Shown: positions 57,885 through 64,000 of the stretch, piece by piece
Position numbering within the stretch: position 1 is the first letter of the stretch
How the letters are laid out: every line of letters starts with the position of its first letter
Source of the DNA: a virus
Length of the DNA: 64,000 nt
Strand: one strand, 5' to 3'
IMG/VR virus record: IMGVR_UViG_3300046535_001697
Span: 1 to 64,000 of that record
The notes under the pieces: model-generated
Seen by the model: only the letters and a program-made list of their open reading frames with translations
Database searches by the model: none
Told to the model about the DNA's origin: nothing
Made by a program: the position numbers and the translations under genes

Positions 57885-58036
57885 TGCGGGCCTCCGAGGT
57901 GCTGGGTGACCATGTGGGCGAGCTGCGCGGCCTGGTCTCGGAGGACCGGTGCGGGCGGGACCGTCGGCGCGGGCAGCGGCGCCGGGGCGGGGGCCGGTGC
58001 GGGGGCCGGCTTGGAGGGGGTCTGCTGCGCGCTCAC
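57881..58036 (-). CDS. Small Pro-rich protein
   Basis: Coupled at both ends. Confidence 0.45.
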   Translation of the reverse strand: MSAQQTPSKPAPAPAPAPAPLPAPTVPPAPVLRDQAAQLAHMVTQHLGGPQ

Positions 58037-58404
58037 AGGACACCGCCGGACTTGCCGTCGAGGACGGCCTGCAGGGCGGTGACGATCTCGTCGATGCGGT
58101 CAGCGGAGAGCAGCAGGGTGCCGTAGCGGCTGCCGGAGATGTTGTTGATCTGGATGAGCGCGGCGGCCGGGGTGTCGTGGTCGAGGATCTCGAACTCGGC
58201 AAGGACGGCGATGAGCCGCGCGACGGCGTCGGCCTGCGTGCCGGCCTGGGCGAGGGCCTCCTCGGCGGTGAACACCGGAAGGTCCGTCACGCTCAGGGGC
58301 TCGGCGGGCTCGGCAACGAGCAGCACCGGGGCGCCGAAGTCCGTGTTGGGCGCGCTGGGCTGCGCCTGGTGTGTGCCGGAAGCCGGCATCTCGGTACGAT
58401 CCAT
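58033..58404 (-). CDS. Hypothetical protein, first gene of transfer operon
   Basis: AGGAGG RBS. Confidence 0.6.
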   Translation of the reverse strand: MDRTEMPASGTHQAQPSAPNTDFGAPVLLVAEPAEPLSVTDLPVFTAEEALAQAGTQADAVARLIAVLAEFEILDHDTPAAALIQINNISGSRYGTLLLSADRIDEIVTALQAVLDGKSGGVL

Positions 58405-58449
58405 AGGGATCGGCCTCCTGGTTGTGTCAGGTGGGCTGGTCTGCGCTGG

Positions 58450-58600
58450 CGGGTGTTGACGCACTCGCCCAGCAAGGGCCCCGAGCTTGGTGTTGACGCA
58501 CCCTCGGGGCTTCTTGCTGTTCTGCTGAGACCAACGTAGCACAACTTCCTCTCGACGAACACAGCAAGTTAGTGCAGGATGTTGAGCAAGGAAGTTGGGA
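58450..58600. promoter_or_regulatory. Divergent control region of transfer operon
   Basis: GGTGTTGACGCAC twice; CAACTTCCT/AGGAAGTTG inverted repeat. Confidence 0.55.
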
Positions 58601-58612
58601 TAGGATGTCGCC

Positions 58613-58900
58613 ATGCCCAGCACCTCTGGGAACGAACAGCAAGCAGAAGGAAAGGAGCCCGACTTGGTCACGTTCACCGACATCCCTGACCGCCTTGAGC
58701 GGCAGGGGCTGAAGAGGATCAGTGCGTCGCGTGTGCGGCAGCTTGCCGAGACCGATCCCGACTGGCCGATCCCGCTGGAGCAGGCGCAGAAGGCCGGCCG
58801 CATCAGGCTGTTCGACTGGAACGTGCTCGAGCCGTACTTCGTCAACCGCGTCTCGCGGCAGGGGAAGCGCACGGACCTCGACAAGCTCCGGGGCAAGTAG
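58613..58900 (+). CDS. Small AlpA/excisionase-like DNA-binding protein
   Basis: LVTFTDI, SRVRQLAETDPDWP, RLFDW, RQGKRTDL. Confidence 0.75.
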   Translation: MPSTSGNEQQAEGKEPDLVTFTDIPDRLERQGLKRISASRVRQLAETDPDWPIPLEQAQKAGRIRLFDWNVLEPYFVNRVSRQGKRTDLDKLRGK

Positions 58901-59097
58901 TCTCCCCAGAACGCGCAAACGGCCGACGGGGGTGGAGCCCCGGCCGGCCGTCCAAGCGCAACAGCGAGATCGCACTCGCTGTCAGATGAGACCCCCCATG
59001 CAGCAGGAAGGTGCTCGAAGGTGACTGTACCCACGAGGGTAGGGCAGCCCAACCCGTACCGACACAGCTCACAGCGAGTGGCGGTCGGTGATTCCAC

Positions 59098-60333
59098 GTG
59101 AGCGCGGCACACATGGGCATGGTGTTCGCAGCTGAGGGCCTGGACGGCACCGAGAAGCTGCTGCTGCTCGGCTACACAAACTACACGGACCCGCACGGCT
59201 ACTGCTGGCCCAGCGAGGAGCGGCTGGCGGACGACTGCGGCACGTCGCGCAGCACGGTCCAGCGCGGGAAGCGGAAGCTCACCGCCAGGAATCTGATCAA
59301 GGGCGTTCGGCGGTTCAACCCCGCCACCGAGGAACCGACGTCGAACCTGACTCGGGTCAACCTGCCGCTGCTCGCCTCGATGGCCCGGAAGCGCACCCAG
59401 TACAACGACGACCTGATCAACGCCATCAGCTTCGAGGACGACACCCAGGGCGACCCGTTCAGCAGCCTCGGCGGAACCCCAGACGACCCCGAACCTACTG
59501 CTGACCTGCTGATGATTCGATCTGACTCCTACCCTGAGCCAAATCGACTCGCACCCCGGGTCAATGTGACTCACGGGCTGGGTCAGGATGACTCTCAATC
59601 CACCAGTGATCCCGTATGTATCCCTGAAGAGATCCCGACGCCTGTCCCGGACGCCCGTAGGGCAGGTACAGGTAGTAGCGCGCGCGAGGCTGGCGGCTCC
59701 GCCGCGTCCGGCAAGAAGCAGCGATTCACGTCTGGGGAGGGGAAGCAGGCTGCCGAGTTCGTCCGCTGCTTGCCGCCTTACCTTCGACGGCACGTGCCGT
59801 CGAAGCGGCCCCGCAACTTCACTGCAGCCGTCATTGCTGCACTCGCTGCCGAACAGCCGCACGAGCGCACCCCGGAGCAGCTGGTGCGGTTCCGGGTGCT
59901 GGCGAAGTGGGACAAACACTGGGGTGCCGAGTTCGGAGCCGGCCGAGTCCGGCAACCCGTCGGCGCGATCATCAAGATGCTCGAGCGATCCGCCGAGTGC
60001 GGTGACCCGCGGTGCGATGAGCGAATCAACGTCGACACGGGGCAGCCGTGCGGCAGCTGCGGGGAGCGAGTCGCGGACGAGAAGCAGGACCGGAAGGCTG
60101 CGGCCGCCGCCAGGGTCGCCGAGGAGCACGGCGCCAGCGACGTCGACTACTACCCGGAGATGCCGGAGCCCGGCGGAGGCGAGCCGCCGGAGTGGGCCGA
60201 CGTCCCGAAGCAGCGGACGACCGAACCAGCGCCGCCAACCCATCCCATGCGGACCTGCGACGGCTGCGACAAGGCCTACCGCGGCCCGGCCGGCCTGTGC
60301 GGCATCTGCATCAACGAAGCCCAGTACGCCTGA
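59098..60333 (+). CDS. Replication initiator (HTH_36 / replisome organizer)
   Basis: EKLLLL, CWPSEERLADDCGTSRSTVQR; internal iterons. Confidence 0.8.
   Translation: MSAAHMGMVFAAEGLDGTEKLLLLGYTNYTDPHGYCWPSEERLADDCGTSRSTVQRGKRKLTARNLIKGVRRFNPATEEPTSNLTRVNLPLLASMARKRTQYNDDLINAISFEDDTQGDPFSSLGGTPDDPEPTADLLMIRSDSYPEPNRLAPRVNVTHGLGQDDSQSTSDPVCIPEEIPTPVPDARRAGTGSSAREAGGSAASGKKQRFTSGEGKQAAEFVRCLPPYLRRHVPSKRPRNFTAAVIAALAAEQPHERTPEQLVRFRVLAKWDKHWGAEFGAGRVRQPVGAIIKMLERSAECGDPRCDERINVDTGQPCGSCGERVADEKQDRKAAAAARVAEEHGASDVDYYPEMPEPGGGEPPEWADVPKQRTTEPAPPTHPMRTCDGCDKAYRGPAGLCGICINEAQYA
59513..59600. repeat. Four 22-bp iterons (putative ori)
   Basis: GACTC at 59524, 59546, 59568, 59590. Confidence 0.75.
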
Positions 60334-60348
60334 CCCAAGGGGGACCCG

Positions 60349-60711
60349 ATGTCTCTGCGCCACCGCCTTGTACCTGTGTTCAGCCTGGGCCGTCAGGCCC
60401 TGCGTGCCGCCGCCGGGCACTTCGACATCCCTGCCGACCGCACGGAACTGTGGATGGAAAGCGCCCGTGCCACGGCGGATGCCTTTCGGGCTGCCACCAC
60501 AAGCACGCCCGCGACGCCGGCGGAGGCGCCTTCGCCGCCGCCGACGCGGGTTGAACTTGCCAAGCAGCGGCAGCGTCTCCTGGCCGAGTGCCGGCTGACC
60601 TACGGTGAGCTCCGTGACCGGGCCGCTGCCTACACGCTCAGCCCGGACGAGCTCGACATCTGGCACACCATCGAAGGCATCGACTTCCTCCTCGCAGGCA
60701 CCGGCGGCTGA
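60349..60711 (+). CDS. Hypothetical protein
   Basis: AAGGGGG RBS; LTYGELRDRA...IDFLL. Confidence 0.6.
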   Translation: MSLRHRLVPVFSLGRQALRAAAGHFDIPADRTELWMESARATADAFRAATTSTPATPAEAPSPPPTRVELAKQRQRLLAECRLTYGELRDRAAAYTLSPDELDIWHTIEGIDFLLAGTGG

Positions 60712-60720
60712 CACCAACCG

Positions 60721-60751
60721 GGCCGCGGTCCGGGGCGCGCGGACCGCGGCC
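60721..60751. terminator. Hairpin terminator
   Basis: GGCCGCGGTCC/GGACCGCGGCC. Confidence 0.6.
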
Positions 60752-60846
60752 TGCGTCATCGGCTCTGACGACGGCGCCACAACCTTCCAATTCCCGTTTC
60801 CGGGATTGCTCCCGCAAGCGGCAAATGCGGCAGTAGGGTCGGCGCT

Positions 60847-61278
60847 ATGACCGAACCCACCGCCCTTCGCCACCTCACCGAGAACTTCGCGCTCTGGCTC
60901 GCCGACTCCATGCGCGTCGCCGACCTCGACATCGACCGGCAACGCGGTGGCGGCCGAACAACGCTCGCCAAGGCCGTCGGCGTCGCACCCAGCACCGTAG
61001 CCCGCTGGCTCGACGGCCTCGCCCTGCCCAGCCCCGAACACCTCCAGGGCATCGCCGACGCCGTCGGCGTCAACCCCATCGAGATGCTCATCACCAGCGG
61101 CATCCTGCGCATCGACCGGCGCGACGTCGCACTCACACCAAACCGCAGCAGCGACGAACCCGAGACCGCCGCGCGCGCCGCCCTCCAGGAAGCCGCCACC
61201 GTCCTCGGCATCCCTTCCACACGGACCAACCTGTGGATCCAAACCGTGAAAGCCACCGCGGAACCCTTCCGCGCCTGA
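60847..61278 (+). CDS. XRE-family HTH regulator
   Basis: LAKAVGVAPSTVARWLDG.ALP. Confidence 0.82.
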   Translation: MTEPTALRHLTENFALWLADSMRVADLDIDRQRGGGRTTLAKAVGVAPSTVARWLDGLALPSPEHLQGIADAVGVNPIEMLITSGILRIDRRDVALTPNRSSDEPETAARAALQEAATVLGIPSTRTNLWIQTVKATAEPFRA

Positions 61279-61298
61279 CCCGGCCGGCGCCGCAGCGG

Positions 61299-61736
61299 CT
61301 ACTCGGCGGCGCCAAGCTCCCGCAGTCGCGCTTCCAGTACCGACGACTCCGTGAGCGTCTGTTCCAGCTCGGATGCCGACGTGCGCAGCAGGGCGGCGTC
61401 CGAGCTTTCCGCACCGGCTTTGCAGTCCCGGGCCGCCTGCCCGAACAGTTCGAGCATCCGGGCCCAGTGCTGCTGCGCGGTGGTGTCGGGAATCGGCGGG
61501 TAGGCCTTCGCTGCTTGCGCGTGTTCCACGCCGGAGGTGCAGGCTTTGGCGTCCGTTTCCAGATCGGTGGCGTTGCCCATGGCCCGCGCATCCTCGGTCA
61601 GGGCTGTGATGTGTGTCCGGCCGCCTTGGCTGTACCAGTCGGTGAACGACTGGCCGTTCGAGGAGCACCCGGTGGCGGTCAGCGCGGCAGCGGCGATGAG
61701 CAGTGCGGCGGCGGCGCGGTAGGGGTTGGTGGGCAT
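61299..61736 (-). CDS. Lipoprotein
   Basis: Signal peptide with lipobox ATGC; GGAG RBS. Confidence 0.72.
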   Translation of the reverse strand: MPTNPYRAAAALLIAAAALTATGCSSNGQSFTDWYSQGGRTHITALTEDARAMGNATDLETDAKACTSGVEHAQAAKAYPPIPDTTAQQHWARMLELFGQAARDCKAGAESSDAALLRTSASELEQTLTESSVLEARLRELGAAE

Positions 61737-61912
61737 GGGTGTGGCTCCCGTGGTCGGTGCTGGGTGCCGAACACGCTCCCAGCCCTGCGACGCTGCTGTG
61801 AGGGGGTTGCCGAACCGTGATTGCAGTGATCTGCGCCAGGATGCATCGATCTGCACTGTGCTGCAGAGAACTGCACTTGCCCCGCATCAAAAAGTGATGC
61901 ACGATGTGAGGC

Positions 61913-62227
61913 ATGAGCACTCTCACTGGCAAGGCCGTCGCGCGCAAAACCGTGCCCGTCACAGCCGAGGACACCCAAGCCGTGGAGCGCCTGCGCGAGC
62001 CCGCCAGCGCGTACCGCACCGCTCTCGCCGAAATCCTCGGCGTGGAACTCTCCGCCGACCCCTCCGAGGCCGAGGTCCTCCAGGCCCTCATCGAGGCAGG
62101 ACGCATCGCAGTGGAACAGAAGGTCATGGTCGGCGGGTACGCTGCCCTCGCCGCAGCCCGGGACGACGAAGACCGTGCGTACGCCCGAGCCATGCGCGGC
62201 CGCCGACGGGGATCCAGCGAAGACTGA
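61913..62227 (+). CDS. Antitoxin (MazE position)
   Basis: Directly upstream of MazF-like toxin; GYAALAA. Confidence 0.72.
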   Translation: MSTLTGKAVARKTVPVTAEDTQAVERLREPASAYRTALAEILGVELSADPSEAEVLQALIEAGRIAVEQKVMVGGYAALAAARDDEDRAYARAMRGRRRGSSED

Positions 62228-62235
62228 GGAGCAGA

Positions 62236-62556
62236 GTGCCCGAAATCGTCCCGGTACGTGGCGTCGTCTACAGAGCCGACGCAGGCTTCGGCCTCAAACC
62301 GTTCCTGGTGGTGTCGAACAACGCCCGGAACCAGAAGCTCGACGATTGCCTGGCCGTCCGGATCACCACCTCGGACAAGCCCGAGCTGGCCAGCATCATC
62401 AAGCTCGGTCCCGCGGACGGCCCCCTGGTCGGCTCGGTCCTGTGCGACGACGTCCTGCCGTTGTTCCGCGACGAGCTCCGGGAGAACCTCGGCGCCCTGA
62501 GCCCCGGCACGATGATGAAGGTCGCGGCCGGCCTGCGCGCAGCGCTCGCCCTGTAG
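62236..62556 (+). CDS. mazF: MazF/PemK-family endoribonuclease toxin
   Basis: RGVVY..D.G.G.KPFLVVSNNARN, VRITTS, LGALSP. Confidence 0.88.
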   Translation: MPEIVPVRGVVYRADAGFGLKPFLVVSNNARNQKLDDCLAVRITTSDKPELASIIKLGPADGPLVGSVLCDDVLPLFRDELRENLGALSPGTMMKVAAGLRAALAL

Positions 62557-62577
62557 CCACCGCCATCCCCTTCCGGG

Positions 62578-62606
62578 AATGCCCCCACCCGCCCGGTGGG
62601 GGCATT
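62578..62606. terminator. Hairpin after mazF
   Basis: AATGCCCCCACC/GGTGGGGGCATT. Confidence 0.65.
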
Positions 62607-62652
62607 GCGCATTCCGCAGCAGGTGACAGTGCCGCGCGGCAGGATGTCCGGC

Positions 62653-63042
62653 ATGGACCTGAACCGTGACCCCCAGACGATCGCCGCCGCTGCTGCGGAG
62701 GAGATCCGCGCCCTGAACCACAAGACGTTGACGCCCGGCGGGAGCTTCACCTATCCCAGCAACATCTACGACACCGTCGGTTCCCTCGAGACGATGGTCG
62801 AGCGGCTGCCGCAGGCCCTCGACCAGATCGGCCGGGCCCTCGCCAAGTTCAACGCCGACGGGGTGATCCGCATGGACGACGGCAGCGACCCGGGCGAGGC
62901 GGTCGCCGCGGTGACGCGGGCCCTCGAGTCGGGGAAGTCCGTCGCCGAGGCCCTGGGCACCATCCTGCAGGTCGCGGTCCAGCCGCTCGGCAAGATGTGG
63001 TTCCAGGCCCCTCCCGGGCACGACGACGCCGACGACGAGTAG
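62653..63042 (+). CDS. Hypothetical protein
   Basis: IRALNHKT, LPQALDQ; GC3 bias. Confidence 0.7.
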   Translation: MDLNRDPQTIAAAAAEEIRALNHKTLTPGGSFTYPSNIYDTVGSLETMVERLPQALDQIGRALAKFNADGVIRMDDGSDPGEAVAAVTRALESGKSVAEALGTILQVAVQPLGKMWFQAPPGHDDADDE

Positions 63043-63047
63043 CTCCG

Positions 63048-63458
63048 TCACGACGCCTCCCCCACCACCGGACGGCGGCGGCGCAGCGGCAGTATGACGG
63101 CACCCCGGTGGCCGTGTGCGGCGGTTTCGGGGCCGGGTGCGGGTGTCGGGGCGCCAGCGGCCTGTGCGGCGTGCTGAAGGGCTGTCAGCGCCGCCCGGCC
63201 CGGGGTGTCGACGCCGTCACCAGGGTTGGTGAGGTAGGCGTCCAGTCCGGTGCGGGCGGTCTCGAGGTCCACGCCCGCGGCGACCAGGCACTCCCACACC
63301 GTGGTCCCGGCCGGCACCCCGGTGGCGGGCTGGCCCGTGGTCTCGTGGCCGGTGGCCGCCGGGGTCACGTCCGGTACCGGGAGGCGCGCCACGCCGGACC
63401 CTGACCGCTCCACGGACTCGAGGCCCCCACCGGCACCACCACGGCTGCTCGGCCACAT
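63048..63458 (-). CDS. Small protein with GTTVWECLVAAG motif
   Basis: GGAGG RBS; motif shared with 44649-44888. Confidence 0.55.
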   Translation of the reverse strand: MWPSSRGGAGGGLESVERSGSGVARLPVPDVTPAATGHETTGQPATGVPAGTTVWECLVAAGVDLETARTGLDAYLTNPGDGVDTPGRAALTALQHAAQAAGAPTPAPGPETAAHGHRGAVILPLRRRRPVVGEAS

Positions 63459-63528
63459 CAGGGCCACCTCCAGACGACACGCCACCCAACTTGCGAGTCA
63501 CCAGAGTGATCGTCAGAACCGTGCCGCA

Positions 63529-63547
63529 GGTTCACGGTTCGTGAACC
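63529..63547. promoter_or_regulatory. Palindromic operator candidate
   Basis: GGTTCACG-gtt-CGTGAACC in divergent intergenic region. Confidence 0.55.
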
Positions 63548-63698
63548 CCAAACCCGTGCACACCACCATCAACCGGCATCAACCGGCCCCGGCCGTGCAC
63601 CACCGTGCGCGCCCCACCGCGAGATACCCGTACCCCCGCACGCCCCCACACGCCTACCCTGGGCACCACTGCCGACAAGGACACCCTGGGGGACCGTC

Positions 63699-64000
63699 AT
63701 GCCCGTGCACCCTGCCGACGACCACATCGGCCGCCACATCGCCCAGCAGCGCAAACTCGCAGGCCTCACCCAGACCCAGCTCGCCACCCAGACCGGCTAC
63801 TCCCTCAGCCTCATCAAACAGGTCGAAACCGGCGCCAAGCCCGCCACCCCCGCCCTCGTCGCCACGATCGCCCGCGGCCTGCACATCCACCAGGGCCTCC
63901 TCACCGGCCAGCCCGACCACACCCTGCTGCGCGCCGACGCCCTCGACCGCACCATCTCGGCAATCCGCGACGCCCTCGACCTCTTCGACCTCGGGGCCGA
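63699..64000 (+). CDS. XRE-family regulator (truncated by window end)
   Basis: IGRHIAQQRKLAGLTQTQLA..TGYSLSLIKQVETG. Confidence 0.85.
   Translation, partial: MPVHPADDHIGRHIAQQRKLAGLTQTQLATQTGYSLSLIKQVETGAKPATPALVATIARGLHIHQGLLTGQPDHTLLRADALDRTISAIRDALDLFDLGA

Larger units (their letters stand above)
1..64000. mobile_element. Temperate siphovirus prophage / conjugative plasmid-phage hybrid (ends outside window)
   Basis: Complete virion morphogenesis and lysis operon plus TraB/Spd, replication initiator with iterons, TA pair and resolvase; no chromosomal core genes. Confidence 0.85.

Noticed and set aside
58033-63051. 1672-aa minus-strand ORF
   Set aside because: Shadow frame antisense to recognisable genes in high-GC DNA; only the last 123 aa look real
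1-64000. tRNA, rRNA or known ncRNA genes
   Set aside because: None recognised by eye; a covariance-model search was not possible

Overview
High-GC actinomycete (Streptomyces/Kitasatospora-like) DNA that appears to lie entirely within one large temperate phage/conjugative-element hybrid; no host housekeeping genes or att junctions are visible. Layout: (1) 0.1-12.8 kb, coupled small early/accessory genes, a Xer/Cre-like tyrosine recombinase with a dif/lox-like site directly upstream, and a second, catalytically degenerate recombinase-like protein; (2) 13-14.3 kb, an HATPase and a GntR/UTRA (KorSA/TraR-like) regulator; (3) 14.3-44.3 kb, a complete minus-strand siphovirus late region (HNH, terminases, portal, MuF-like, scaffold, Prp-like protease, capsid, head-tail, tail, frameshifted chaperones, tape measure, tail tip, GH-like protein, papain-like peptidase, amidase endolysin, holin); (4) 44.6-48.5 kb, a plus-strand cassette with an MmyB-family regulator and an intact type III polyketide synthase; (5) 51-58.5 kb, a TraB(FtsK)/Spd conjugation module with clt-like 8-bp repeats; (6) 59-64 kb, an HTH replication initiator with four 22-bp iterons, a MazEF-type toxin-antitoxin pair and XRE regulators. 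Most notable: the phage-borne MmyB + type III PKS pair (possible small-molecule signalling), a mini-Prp protease whose two neighbours share the N-terminal motif WFDLARHD, the phage+TraB+iteron+resolvase hybrid architecture, and two small ORFs sharing GTTVW[DE]CLVAAG, each divergent from an XRE-type regulator. All family calls are from motif recognition by eye, not database searches.
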